Below, in pieces: positions 44,139 to 58,098 of a stretch of DNA of 64,000 nucleotides (its first letter is position 1; the number at the start of each line of letters is the position of its first letter). The translations under genes were made by a program, and so were the position numbers. The DNA lies in the NCBI RefSeq assembly GCF_009914755.1, contig NC_060938.1. The stretch is one strand, 5' to 3'. The stretch comes from the human T2T-CHM13v2.0 reference genome, Homo sapiens. A model generated the notes under the pieces. That model saw nothing but the letters and a program-made list of their open reading frames with translations. It did not search any database and was not told the DNA's origin.

Positions 44139-44153
44139 GGACACATAACACAC
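44099..44153. repeat. Imperfect (CA)n microsatellite
   Basis: Seen directly. Confidence 0.92.
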
Positions 44154-44201
44154 AGTGTGTTAACTCAGTCCTTCCTGCCTTCAGTTTCTGTGGTACAGCC
44201 A

Positions 44202-44539
44202 TGATATGGCTTGGCTGTCCCCAGCCAGATCTCATCTTGAATTGTAGCTCCCATAATTCCCACATGTGGTGGGAGGGACCCAGTGGGAGGTAATTGAATC
44301 ATGGGGGTGGATTTTTCCCATGCTGTTCTCGTGATAGTGAATAAGTCTCACAAGATCCGATGGTTTTAGAAAGGGCTGTTCCCCTGTACGTGCTCTCTTC
44401 CCTGCCGCCATGTAAGACATGCCTTTGCTCCTCCTTTGCCTTCTGCCATGATTGTGAGGGCTCCCCAGCTATGTGGAACAGTGAGTCCATTAAACCTCTT
44501 TTTATGTCTTTATTAGCAGCATGAGAACAGACTAATACA
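44202..44539 (+). mobile_element. THE1B-type solo LTR with small 3' deletion
   Basis: tgatatgg...actaataca with a perfect TSD AGCCA. Confidence 0.94.
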
Positions 44540-44635
44540 AGCCATAAAAGGCCAAGATCATCATTCCTTTACCTACATTCTTTTTTTGTTATTTGCCCTT
44601 GCTTTTCATCATGCACCACATCATTTATGTAACTA

Positions 44636-44975
<340 letters not shown>

Positions 44976-45303
44976 TTAGATTCCCCCATGAGTTTCTGAC
45001 TCCACTACCTAATTCAATAAAGGCATTTTTAAGAAATATAAATCATATTTATTCATGGTTATATGTACATGATACAAAACATTTCACAGCAGAAATGGAC
45101 TCTTTTTTACCCCATCCTCAATCAACTAATTTCCTTCCCTATAAAAATCTATTATTTGTTTTGTGTTGTGTGTTTCAGCCAGAGATACTCTATGCATGAT
45201 GCAAACATATTAGCATCCATATGCTACTTTCATCTAAAAAGTAGCATACTCTCCACAGTATTCTAAACCTCTTCTTTCACCTATTAAGATATCATTTCTC
45301 TAT

Positions 45304-45768
45304 TGTAAGACTTAAAATTTAATGTAGTGCCTTTGAGCCCAAAAGTCTTGAGTTTCCCTACTTCTACCAGATATTCCCCCCAACCTTCCCAAAGAGAAAG
45401 GCTCCCTACTTAAATGGTTCCTCTATCATCTGGGCCTGCTGGGCCGTACCCATTCCTCAACCTAACAGGTTTCACCTCCCGGCCAGCCCATGACATTAGT
45501 CACATCCTCCTGTAGGAACCTGAGGACACCTCTCCCCCTTGTTACTACATAGCCGGCCTCCCACAGCCCTTGTGGTTTGCTCTGCTGTGGACTGTAGCCC
45601 CTGTATGGTGAACAGTGTCCTCCTCCCCCAGGCTGCAAGTGTATGTGACTAGTAAACCACGATCTGTCTCTTTTAAGTGGTGTGGGGTGTTGTTTGTCTG
45701 ACCTTCTCATATTATTTAGGGCAGAGGATCCACCTTTACCAACTGGGTGAATAGGAGGTGATTAGAAC
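45304..45768 (+). mobile_element. Probable ERVL-type solo LTR (MER74-like)
   Basis: GC-richer ~460-bp insert starting TGTAAG within the AT-rich L1; ends 'gggtgaataggaggtgattagaac'. Confidence 0.45.
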
Positions 45769-46027
45769 TAGTCCATATTACCGCATAGAGCAATCCTTTG
45801 CTTTTCCTAATAAGTGCACAGAACTCTATAGTATGAATAGGAACCAATTTACTTATCTTGTTCCCTGTTGGTAGACACTGGGTTTTTACTCTTTGGTTCC
45901 ACAGCAATGCTCTAGTGAATTTTCTATTCCACATTTTGCATCTGAAGTCATCTTGCATCTGAAGGAGTAAATTATTACAAGTAAAGTATGGGTCAAATGC
46001 TATGCACATTAAATTTTAATAAACATT

Positions 46028-46336
46028 GGCCAGGCGCAGTGGCTCACACCTGTAATTCCAGCACTTTGGGAGGCCAAGGCGGGAGTGGATCACCTGAGGT
46101 CAGGAGTTCGAGACCAGCCTGACCAATATGGTAAAACCCCATCTCTATTAAAAATACAAAAATTAGCTGGGCGTGGTGGCATGTGTCTGTGGTCCCAGGC
46201 TACTCGGGAGGTTGAGACAGGAGAACTGCTTGAACCCAGGAGGTAGAGGTTGCCATGAGTTGAGATCGTGAAACTGCACTCCAGGCTGGGCACAGAGCGA
46301 GATTCTGTCTCAAAAAAATAAAATAAAATAAAAAAA
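46028..46336 (+). mobile_element. AluSx-type
   Basis: Full dimer; TSD ttaataaacatt. Confidence 0.95.
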
Positions 46337-46776
46337 TTAATAAACATTGCCAATTGCTTTTCATAGAATGTGTACCAATTTAGACCCCCACAGGCAGCTG
46401 GACAGTCTATTTCCCCACATCCTCATCAACCCAGGACATTACCAAACTTTCTGATCTTGGCCAAGGGGAGAGGTGAAAAATGTCAAGTCCTTGTGGTTTT
46501 AGTTTACAGTTTTACAAGAAGTGAGGGCAAGTGTCTTTTCATATGCTTACAAGTCATTTGTATTTCTGGCCTTTCTCTTATTGACTCGAGGAAGCTTTTC
46601 CTTTATTGAATAAATTACCACTTTTTCTATGATATGAAGTTGAAATATCACTTATCATTTGTCTTTGTTTATAGTAGGTTTTGCTGCCTAGATTTGTATT
46701 TTATGTTATCACATTTACCTTCTTTTGTGGATTCTAGTGTTGGGGTTACATATAGATGCATCTTCTCCAGTCTGTG

Positions 46777-48807
46777 TAGGAGAATCTCATTTTATTGTGC
46801 GTTCTTTGTTGTGATTCACAGATATCACATTTTTTTACAAATTGAAGGTTTATGGCAACTCTCCATTGAGCAAGTCTATCAGTGCCATTTTCCCAAAAGC
46901 ATGTGTTTACTCCATATCTGTGTGTCATATTTTGGTAATTCTCAAAATATTTCAAACTTTGTCATTATCATTTTTTCTTTTATGGTGATCTGTGATCAGT
47001 GTTGTTTATGTTGCTATTATAATTGCTTTGGGGCACCATGAACCACACCTGTATAAGATGGAGAACTTAATAAATGTTGTATGTGTACTGACTGTTCCAC
47101 CAACTGGCCATTGCACATCTCTCTCCCTCTCTTCAGGCTTCTTTATTCCCTGAGACACAGCAATATTGAAATTAGACCAATTCATAACCCTACAATGGCT
47201 TCTAAGTGTTCAAGTGAAAGGAAGAGTCATACATCTCTCACTTTAAGTTAAAAGCTAGAAATGACTAAGCTTGGTGAGGAAAGCATGTCAAAAGCTGAGA
47301 CAGGCCAAAAGCTAGACCTCTTGGGCAAAATAATTAGCCAAGTTGTGAATGCAAAGGAAAAGTTATTGAAGAAAATTGAAAGTGCTACTCCAGTGAAAAC
47401 AGGAATGATAAGAAAGCAAAACAGCCTTATCGCTGATATGGAGAAAATTTTAAAAGGTCAATGCCTGGCTTCAAAAGACAGGCTGACTCTCTTGTTAGGG
47501 GATAGTGCAGCTGGTGAAGCCAATGCTCATTTACCATTCCAAAAATCATACAGCCTCTAAGAATGACGCTAAATCTACTCTGCCTGTGCCCTAAAAATGG
47601 AACAACGAAGCCCAGATCTGTTTACGGAAGGATTTATTGAATATTTTAAGACCACTGTTGAGACCTACTGCTCAAAAACAAAGATTCCTCTCAAAATATT
47701 GATGCTCACTGACAATGCACCTCATCACACAAGAGCCTTATGAAGATGTACAAGAATGTGTAATACAAGGCATGTTGTTTTCATGCCTGCTAACACAATA
47801 TCCATTCTATAGCCCTGGAGCAAAGAGTAATTTTGATTTCCAAGTCTTATTATTTAAGAAATATACTTTGTGAGGCTATAGCTCCCATAGATAAGGATTC
47901 CTCTTGGATCTGAGCAAAGTAAATTGAAACACTCCTGGAAAGGATTAACAGTTCCAGATGCCATTAAGAACAGTTTTGATTTCTGGGAGGAGGCCAAAAT
48001 TTCAACATTAACTGTAGTTTAGAAGCAATTGATTCCAACCTTCATGGATGACTTTGGAGGGGTTCAAGACTTCAGTGGAGGAAGTCACTGCAAATGAGGT
48101 GGAAATAGCAAAAGAACTAGAATTAGAAGCAGAGCCTGAAGATGTGACTGAACTGCTGTGATCTCATGATAAAATTTAAACAAATGAAAAGTTGTTCCTT
48201 ATGGATGAGTAAAGAAAGTGGTTTCTTGAGATGGAATATGCTCCTGGTGAAAATGCTATGAACATTGTTGAAATGACAACAAAGTATTTAGAATATTACA
48301 TAAAGTTAGTTGATAAGGCAGCAGCAGGGTTTGAGAGATTGATTCCAATTTTGAAAGAATTTTTGTGTGCATGTGGAGGTAAAATGCTACCAAACAGCAT
48401 TGCATGCTACAGAGACTTATTTCATGAAAGGAAGAATCAGTTAATGTAGCAAACATCATTGTGGTCTTATTTTAAGAAATTGTCACAGCCACCCCAACCT
48501 TCAGCAACCATTATCCTCATCAGTCAGCAGCCATCAACATCAAGGCAAAACCTCCCACCAGCAAAAAGATTACAACTTGCTGAAGGCTCAGATGATCCTT
48601 AGCATTTTTAGCCATAAAGTATTTTAAAATAAGGTATATACATTGTTTTTTAGACATAATGCTATTGCACACTCAATCAACTACAGTATAAACATAACTT
48701 TTATATGTGCTGGGAAACCAAAAAATTCATGTGACTTGCTTTATTTTGATATTTGCTTTATTGTGGTGGTCTGAAACTGAATGCACAGTATTTCTGAGGT
48801 ATGCCTA
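46777..48807 (+). mobile_element. Tigger1 DNA transposon, near full length with internal deletion and a dead transposase
   Basis: 3' TIR 'gaggtatgccta' then TA; degenerate 5' TIR; transposase peptides at 47261-47560 ([13 protein letters not shown]...SATPV...[14 protein letters not shown]) and 48231-48449. Confidence 0.93.
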
Positions 48808-49754
48808 TAGTTGCATTAAAAAAAATTCTCCTGATGTTATTGTCAAGATTTTAATGGCTTCACTTTTACATTTAAATATTTGATTCATCTGGAATCTATG
48901 CTGATATAAGGTATGAGATAAAGATCTATAATTTGTTTTTACAGTTGATTATTTGACAATAATTCTTTTTTCCATTAACATACAATGTCATATTTATCAA
49001 ATACTGAGAGACTGTTTCTGATCTGTGTTCTGTTCCATGGATCTGTCTCTTCATGCACAAAAATGAGAATGTTTTAATTATTATATATTTAAAATGTTTT
49101 AATATTGATTATTATGTATATTTGTCTTTTCCTTATTCTTGTTTATTTTGTTTTCCAAATGAACTTTAAAATCATCTTGCCTATGACTCCATGAAAAAAT
49201 TATATTGCTGTTTTTGGATTCTTGAAAATTCATATACTAAAGTAAGAAGAATTGAATCTTTAAAATGACAAATTTTCCAATCAAAGACTGTGACATGCAT
49301 GTTATTTCTTTAAAGGTCTTCATGCCCTGATAGTGTTTTAGAGTTTAGTTTATATAGCTCTTCCACATGTCTCATTACATTTATTCCTAGGTATTTAAAT
49401 AGTAGTCTTTCCTTCCTTTGAGACTTTCTGACTAGTGGTAATTTACAAATATTAAGGCTGCTGATTTCTAGATATGAGCTTCCCCCAGCCATCTAATTAA
49501 ATGTTTTATTATTCTAATTTTCCAGGTGTACAGTGATATCATCTTTAAATATGATGATTTTACTTCCCTTGCTTCAATTTTTGTAGTCCTTACGTCTTTC
49601 TCTTGTTTATTTTGGGTTGGCCTTCAGAACGATGCTGAGTAAAGGATAAAGGATGTCTTCATCTTATTCTTGATTTTAACAAAAATGCTTCTGTAGTTCC
49701 CCTACCGCAAATATTGAGTATCCATGATGTTCTAGGCACCAGGATGTAGCAAAT

Positions 49755-50030
49755 ACAACTGTCCTTCAGGACTCAACTCAAATCCACCTTCTTCCAAAGC
49801 CCCCTGTGATCATCTCAAACAGAAATTGTCTTTGCCTCCTCCAAACTTCATATTTTCCTTCCCTTTACTGTCCTACTTTTTATCTTGCTTTAGAATTATC
49901 AGTATACTTGTCTTAAATAGTCCACTAAAAATCGGTATGCTCAGAGAAGGCAGGATCTTTGACAAATCATCTAGTCATCCTCAGAACTCTGCCTTGCCCA
50001 CAGCAAATGCTCAACACAGTCCTGCTTAAT
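49755..50030 (+). mobile_element. L2 3' fragment
   Basis: 'ccttcaggactcaactcaaatccaccttcttcc...cacagcaaatgctcaa'. Confidence 0.55.
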
Positions 50031-53000
50031 TAATTATAAATTAGTTAGTATGAAAATTTGTTCAAATATATTTGAGCAAATACTAAGTAAGCATCTGCTC
50101 AGATAAAAATGCAGGATTCTCATACAGAGCACTTGGCCATGAGTAATAAATGTAAGTCCGGCTCTCAAAATATACATGTATTCCTATTTGGCACTAGCCA
50201 AAAGGGGGTGCAATATTTACCTTTAAATTATTATAGAGAGAATGAGCTAGAAAGGAAAAAGCCAGTTGGAGCCAGAAAGCTTGGAGTCTTTGAACCTCCC
50301 TCAGTTCTCTAAATCTAGATGAAATGATATGAATCATCAAGTCATTTCATGCCTTTTACACTTCACTTTAGGATCTTTTTCTCTAAAAAGCCTCTCTCAA
50401 CAGGGATAATAGGGTGAGTGGCCTTAGTATCAGTGTTTGGTTTCTTTGCGATGTGTAATTGGTTTTAGCTAGTGTGGAATGTCCTCTTGATTTTAAATTC
50501 CTATTTTTAGCTCCTCTGTATATTGTGTTATGTGTTCACTGTTGCTCCCCACACCCCTCCTTGCAAGTCTATACAGAAGCATTTCATGTGGAACCGGAGC
50601 TGTTCTAGGGAAGCCTGTCATCAAGGCTGCCCTTTGCTCTGCACCTCCCCAGCACCCTCAGAGGTCAGAGCGAGGCTGGTGTACAGGGCAGTGGATGTGA
50701 GAGCTTGAATTTCTTGCCACCTTGTTACAAGCCAAAGTAGGAAGAAAGTGTATCCAGACCAGGAAACATGATTTGTAATCGTGGTTGCAAATCTAGCACC
50801 CTAAACCTAGCACACCATTTGGCACATACTCGGCTCTTAAATGTCCATTTAATGCATGAATGACTAAGCAGATAAGTGAGTGAGTGGATACATATGTGTC
50901 TTATTGGGAGACGGCTCATGAACTGACATTCACCATGGGCTTTTCTAAGTTTTTCAGTGGGATCAATGTTGGTAGTTTGTATATTTGCACTTGGTTTAGA
51001 AAACTTTCCTTTACCTAATCCTCAGGCGATACTGTGAACTTTGGGTTGCTTACTTGATAAATATAGTTTTATTATTAATTCATGCATTTGAAATAACACA
51101 TGCATTGAAAGCAGCAGCAAATCCTTTTAAGCTCTGTGCTCTTTTAAATAGGTTCTTTCTCTCATGCTCAGGAAAAAATTCAGTGGAGATGATGGCAACA
51201 GACTGGTCCCTCAAATCTCTGGCCATAGCCCAAGGAGGAGAGAACCCACAATTGCAGGCCATATGTATTGCCCTGTATGATCAGTATTAAACTCAAAGTA
51301 TGTCTTTGTAACTAGAGACATATTCTGGGTAGTGTGGCTGTTAGTTTGTCCCAATCTTTATTTTAAGGCACTATCCACATCTCTTTCTCTTTTCCTTTGC
51401 CCCTAACATTGATATCAACTGAGTTTTCAGGGTGCCAGCTGCCCATGTCAGCTCTTTGAGAGAGCAGCCTCTCTCCTCCTTCTGCCTCTCAATCCTTTCC
51501 TCTCCGCCAGCTCTTCTCGGCATGTTGGTCATTCATTATTGATGACCCTCCAGCACCTTCTCCACCCCGGTGTTCCCATAGCCCTGTGCACTGCTGAGCA
51601 GAGCCAGGTGCAGGATCTAGTCGGGGTCCAGGACTGCTGCTCCAAGGCCGCCAAGACTCTTTCCCTTCCTGGCTGTCAGAGAGGATGCCTGGCACTAGAG
51701 ATACAGCAGCAGCGGCGTCAGCCGCTGGTCTTGAGGAGGGTTTGTTTCTCTCCTCTGTCTTCTAGGAAGCAAAAGGTTAAACTGTTCATTTTAAGAGCCT
51801 CCCTGGGTATAAAATACTGAGCTTTGTCTTTCTGGAGTGAGCCGATTCCTAGGCCCCTTGACCTTTGCTCCAACATGTCTGCTGCCCATCCCTTAGAGTG
51901 TTTTTCTTTGCTTTCTATTTAGTCAGAAGGAATGAGGCTAGTGTCTGCCGTTAGCTTAATTATTGGGGAAAAGCGTTGGAAGAAAAGAAACTGATTCTCT
52001 CCATTTTTCTAATTGTTACTTAACCAAGTCTTGACAAGATACAATTTGGTGGCTAATATGCATGGAGTGCCCTTTCTGAAAGCAGAGGCTCTGCTTGTGG
52101 ATTCTGCAGTGAAGGCTGGAGTCACACCTTGGAAATGACTGTCCACCTTCACATTTGCACACATCACTTACACACATGGAGCTCCTTCCACCACCAGCCT
52201 CCCCTGAGCCTTCATAAGACACAGGCTGCTGCTTTAAGGAACATTAACAATCCAGACCCTTCCAGGGACCCATGTGACTCCAGCTTCTCCCACAATAGTC
52301 AGAAATCGTAATTGAGAGTTCAGAATTCATAGGTACCAGGATAATATTGCAGAAAGATAATCAGGCACCTACTTCCCAGTTCCCTGAAATTAAAACAGGT
52401 ATTCATCTTGTCAGAATAAGAAAACAGGGTCCTGCTGTGTTCCAGCCACCTGGCAACCTTGTTCTTAGAATACAGAAAGGGAGGGAAGCAATGTGTGCGA
52501 TCACTCTAGCCGAAGAATGTAGAGAGAAGCGAAGACCATTTTTTTAGTCCTAATTTCCTACAAGGGACAATGCACCTAAAGTTTTTCAAGCCTTGCTCAG
52601 AATCATCTCACAAAAGGAAAGGCCCTTTGCTTCACAAAATATTTTAATGAAAGCAAAACAGTGACTAAGAGCCTCATGTACTGCTGGTTCTGCCTGTTTC
52701 AAATCTTGAAAGGCCTTTAATAACCTCCATTATGTGACTATGTGATTTTTATCACACAATCTCAGATTCTTACATTTTTTAAATAACTCACCAGCAAGAA
52801 CCAATGTCAGAACTAAATGCTAATAAGATTTGGCCTGGGAGAGTAACATAGTAAGATTGTTAATGTTTAATGCACTCTCATCAAAGTGGGATAATCCTAC
52901 GGCTGAAGGTTAAGTGAGCCTTTTGTAAAAAAAAAAAATAATAGGGAAGAAAACATTATTGTAGCTTTTCCATTTTACTCAGTCAAATGAATTCAACATA

Positions 53001-53914
53001 AACTTGTTATAGCCAAGCCCAGGCTAGACATTTCCTGGTGATCTGGTAATTTCCCTTGTATTGTTCATGTGGTTTGTCTCTTTCCTCTTCCTCTTTGTTT
53101 CTAATGATGATGATGAACAGCATCTCTGCAATAGGCCACATTCTCAAAGTGCTCCATTCATTGTCACTTGAAAAGACCACTGTTGGGTTTTATTGCCATC
53201 ATTGATATACAAGGATAATTTACATACAAAATTGTGGTTTGGTTTTAGAGCCATGGCAACCAGAGTATCACTTCTGATGGGAAAAGGAAGAATGGCCTTC
53301 AGTGATGGAGTAGGCAATTGCAAAGAGTTCTGCTCCCAGTTCTCTTGCTAAATCAAAAGATTGCAAGGGTCAAGATCGATTTCTTCATTTTCTTTAGGCA
53401 GCAATCTGAAGAGGCCCCAGCAGAAAACTCCAGCCTTAGGATTTCTGGTAATCAGAAAAAGAAGCAACTGTTCTTGGGTAACATGTGGTGCCCATAAAAG
53501 GGCATCAGCTCTTGGGGGCAGCCTGAGGTTACCAGGTTCACCTTTGCTCATTCTGCGCAAGGATCGCTCCCCTCAGAGTTTCTGCAGGGGAATGTGTACT
53601 CTGGTGTTCGGTATTAAAGCTTCTACATGAATTTATAGAGTTGCTTACATTGGCTGAGAAATTGTTTTTTTTTTTTTTTTGGTACTCAGCCCTAATTTTC
53701 CCTGGCAAATATTGCTCTGTAACTTTGAGATGAATGTACCCATCAAAAACTCCAGAAGAAATTCTCATGCAGTTCTATTATTGCTCATCATTTTGCCAAG
53801 GAACGTTAGTAAAGAGAGCTATGAAGTGGCTAAAGAAGTTGTGTTTTTTGTTTGTGTGTTTGTTTTTCCTTTTCATCGTTTTATGTCTTAGTAGGAGAAG
53901 AATCCAAGATGAAA

Positions 53915-54095
53915 AGGACAGGCTCTGGTTTTAGCTTTGCCACTAATTTCGTGTGTTTCCTTATGCAAGTGTCCAGATCTTCTTGGGAATTAATTTCTTT
54001 ATTTGTCAAAGGGAGCTAATAATACCTGCCCTGGCCAACCTGTAACATAGTTATGCGTAGGAGTAAAATCACAGATGTGAAAGTTTGCAAAATTC
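53915..54095 (+). mobile_element. MIR
   Basis: 'gctttgccactaatt...atttctttatttgtcaaaggg...aataatacctgccc'. Confidence 0.6.
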
Positions 54096-54464
54096 TAAGA
54101 TCCTTAGGTAGCTCATGCGTCGACAGGAGTAATGAATTATACACCTACCGCAAAAGGTGATTGTGGGGATCCAGTGTCAAAGGGCTTAGAAGAGAGTGTG
54201 ACACATAAGTAGCATTTGGGGATGGTAGCTGGAAGACCAAGCAGCAAGGGTGTTACCATCAAATCCCTTCCATAACCCCTCTCCCATACAAAGCAAAGGG
54301 GTCTAAATAGCCCCAGTGCTCACTTCAATGCTACTCATATTCTTTGGCTTTGGAGACTTTGCTTTTTTGGAGCCCCTCATTCCTACTTTCCAGACATTTG
54401 CAGAATTCAGCTGTGCTTTCTAAGAGATTCTCTGGCATTAACACAGAATGACCTTGCAGTGGGA

Positions 54465-54630
54465 ATGACCTTGGAGCTGCAGCGACTTGAGTTTAAATTC
54501 TAGCTCTGCCCCTTACTAGCTGGGTGGGATTGATTCCAGGTAACTGTCAGTACCTTGTGTCTCAACATCTTCAGTTGGGGATAGCGTCCTACCATCTCCC
54601 TCATAGAGGAGTTAACGAGTTGAAATGACA
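54465..54630 (+). mobile_element. MIR
   Basis: 'gagtttaaattctagctctgccccttactagctg'. Confidence 0.6.
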
Positions 54631-54644
54631 CAGATGCTACAGTC

Positions 54645-54819
54645 AGGAGATGCTACGTAATTTTCTGGGCCCAGTGCAAAATGAAAATTCAGGGCCCCTT
54701 GTTCAAGCATATTAAGCACTTCAAGATGGCAACAGCAGAGCATGAAACCAAGGTCTAGGTCTTCTGAGCTCAGGGTCTTGTGCAACTGCATAGGTCACAT
54801 GCCCTTGAAGCCCACCCTG
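54645..54819 (-). mobile_element. MER45A (hAT-Tip100 MITE)
   Basis: 'gggcccagtgcaaaatgaaaatt...ggccccttgttca...ttcaagatggcaacagcagagca...gaagcccaccctg'. Confidence 0.85.
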
Positions 54820-55554
54820 GCCACTGATCCCATAGTGGCAGCTTGCCACTTAGTGGGCACTCAGTAGAGACCGCTTGCTTTTCTTTCTTCCTCTTTCTCT
54901 CTTCTTCTCTTGATAGCCTTAAATCCCTGGGAGGGGGGGCTTGCATTTACTCTTACACTTCCTGCCACAGTTTCTCCCCTTATGATCGTTCCTTCTGCTG
55001 GTTAAATTGCCGCTTCTCTTTTGCCCCTGAAATCAGGGAGCCAAGTGATTAAGAGAAGCTAGCTTATCTACACGAGCCTCCCATCTCTATGTCTGTATTT
55101 CCCAAGTTCTTTCAAAGATAACCCAATAAAATAAAGAACTAACAGCATCATGATACATACAAAGGGGCTATGGTGTATGTGTGGCAGGCTGGGGAGTAAG
55201 GATGGAGAAGGTATTTTGAGGCAAAGAAGAAAGAACAAAGGAAAATGAAAGTATTAGAAGATAAAAGCTTGCACTTCACAGAAGATATTATTTTGCTGCC
55301 ATGTATCTAAGCACAATTGAGGCAGATTAGTTGTAAAATCACCTCATTTACTTTTCCCAGCTTTTTTCAGCCACTTTCACTAAATCAACCAACCAAACCT
55401 TTTCTGTGCCCTTATGTCCCTTGTCTCTGAACTTCATCAACTAAATATTTGTTATGCATTATTTTATTCAGCATTCACAGTATCTGTGGGTTTGGGTATG
55501 CTACTTCTTTCTTCATTTTATAGAGAAGGAGATGATAGAGTAACCATCCATAGT

Positions 55555-55975
55555 TACTGTGTTCATTGGAAATGTTTTGTCTCCAAGTAGCAGAAAGCCC
55601 AACTTACAGTGTCTGTGTTCGGGGTTGGAAGTTGGGGAGAGGTTCCTCCTAATGAGATGCTTGGAGGCAGACCACCGCCTCAGGGGTTAGACAGCTCACT
55701 GACATCCTGGCTCCTATCTGCTGCTCTCTTGGCTTTTCCCTCATAATCACAAGATGGCTGCTGTGGGTCCAGTCATCACAACATGGTCAGGAGAAGAAGA
55801 AATGAGGGAAGAAACAGTATCCAGCCTATTGTTGTCTTTTCTTGGGAAAGTTACACTTTCTCAGGCATCCACTGGCTTACAGACTTCTACTTATGTCTCA
55901 TTGGCCAGAACTGTGGGAGTTTCTAGCTATAGAAATGGCGGAGAAGGTGAGTGTTTAGCTTTTCCCGCCTTTTTC
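55555..55975 (-). mobile_element. Old MLT1 (K/L-like) LTR
   Basis: 'caagtagcagaaagcccaact', 'cacaagatggctgctg', 'cttctacttatgtctcattggccagaact'. Confidence 0.65.
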
Positions 55976-57657
55976 CTGGTTGGGGGAGACAGCTCTAGAG
56001 TGAAGCACACAACAGTATATACTTTATAGTGACAAAGATAGCAAGGGGCAAAGACAGAACCTGAACCCAGGTCCTCTAATCTTGAGTTTAGAGATTTTGC
56101 CATTCTGCCACATTGCTCTTCTTTTAAAAATACTTTCAGCAACATCCAGCTTGTCCACTTCCTGCTGAGACAAGCCAACAGGTATAACTCCAAGTTATGG
56201 AAATTTAAAACAGGAAATATGTTTATACTATGCCTTCCCTTAAGGTTCCTGAGAGAGAACTTTCTACAAGTTATGTAAAACAGAGATAATGTGGCTTATA
56301 GAAAATTTATTCCTCACATGATAAATTCTGTGCATGTGAAGTTTCGTAGAACTCACTGTAGCGCATTTAGAAACACACGACCAGAAATTGTGTGAAACAT
56401 TGCTTTGGGATGGATGGTGCCCGTCTGACCTTAAGCTATCCTTCCCCCACTCTGCTGCTCTTCAAACCACAGCCAGTTTATTTTTTGGTAGAAACTATTT
56501 ACGTATGAAGATCGTATTTGGATGCCTTTAGTAATTTATTAAACTCACTTTCCTAAAGCAAGATCAGAGTTTAAAACATATGTAAATATCAGCCTGAGAG
56601 ATTAGAAACAAAAGCCAAGAAGGAATTTCTCCACTGCAATTACCACATGCAGTTACCATGGCAGGGAAGCTGTGCGGGATAATTCAGTCCAAGGTAGAGA
56701 AATAACAGAGTCTGGAAATGTAAATATGTTTCTGTTAGAGATACTTGAAATAACGTTTACACTGGCTTCTTCCTTTTTAGCTATGGGATATTGTGCAAAA
56801 CTTTTTTGTTGTGTTTTCTTTAAATGCTCCGGGCAGTAAATTGGAAGTATATAGCACCTGCTACATGTTTAGTCAGTAGTCGAAACATTGAATAAATCAT
56901 GAAATCTGTAGGTGAACTGAATAATAGCTGCCCTGGAGAGAACTGTAATTCACTGTTGACAAAATAAATCCCCCTGCATTTTTCTGGGGAATCTTTTATT
57001 TTTAGCAAGAGTGTTTGATACTCCTAAGTTAATTAGTAGTTTTAACAGAGTGGAATGTTATTGAACCTACCAGTGTTGTTTAAGAGCTAATGTTTATGTG
57101 CCAGGCGCCAGATTAGGTAATTTTATAAGCATAGATCATTACATTCTCGCCCAGCCCTGTAGGGTTCCTAGCTCTGCTTTTCCAGATGAAGAGCCAAGAC
57201 CCTTAGAGGTTGTAACTAGTCCAGAGCCACATGGGCTAGGAAGAAAGGAAGACCTTTCACCACTTATTTACACAAGTAAGTTCTTCCCAGGCAGTGTGGC
57301 AGACTCAGCAGATTGGCCCACTTAACTCTTGTTCCACCCCCACTCTATCTTGTCTACTTCTACCACAGAGGCCAGAAACCACAAATCCCCAGCCTCCTGT
57401 GGCTTGGCTTGGGGTAGCCCAAATACACAGTTCTGTCCAACCATGCATAGGCAGAATTCCCTGGGGAACATTTCTCTCTCCCCAAGTAGGTAAAGCTTCT
57501 TTGCCCTTTACCGTTTGTTGTTCCTTTTCTTCCTTCATGGAAAGAAGAGTCACTTTCAAGACATGCAGCAACCACCCTCTAACAATCAGAAGGAAATACA
57601 TGGTTAAGATTGTTGAAACAAGAAGTAAAAGAAGTCAAGTTGCTTGACGATATTCTC

Positions 57658-58098
57658 TTTTGTCTTTTTATTTTTTTTATTTTTTAAATTATACTTTAAG
57701 TTCTAGGGTACATGTGCACAATGTGCAGGTTTGTTACATATGTATACATGTGCCATGTTGGTTTGCTGCACCCATTAATTCATCATTTACATTAGGTATT
57801 TCTCCTAATGCTATCCCTCCCCCATGCACCCACCCCACAACAGGCCCCAGTGTGTGATGTTCCCCACCCTGTGTCCAAGTGTTCTCATCATTCGTGTCCC
57901 ACCTATGAGTGAGAACATGCGGTGTTTGGTTTTCTGTCCTTGTGATAGTTTGCTGAGAATGATGGTTTCCAGCTTCATCCATGTCCCTACAAACGGCATG
58001 AACTCATCCTTTTTTATGGCTGCATAGTATTCCATGGTGTATATGTGCCACATTTTCTTAATCCAGTCTATCATTGATGGACATTTGGGTTGGTTCCA
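57658..58098 (-). mobile_element. 5'-truncated L1PA (PA5/6-like)
   Basis: L1PA 3'UTR and ORF2 C-terminus (WNQPKCPSMIDWIKKMWHIYTMEYYAAIKK); TSD gcttgacgatattctc / gcttgatgatattctc. Confidence 0.95.

Larger units (their letters stand above)
45010..49700 (-). mobile_element. Degenerate L1ME-type block hosting an LTR, an Alu and Tigger1
   Basis: Antisense L1-like text at about 45010-45300, 45770-46775 and 48810-49700. Confidence 0.65.

Noticed and set aside
47261-47560. TIGD1-like ORF
   Set aside because: Fragment of the Tigger1 transposase with a deletion, frameshifts and stops.
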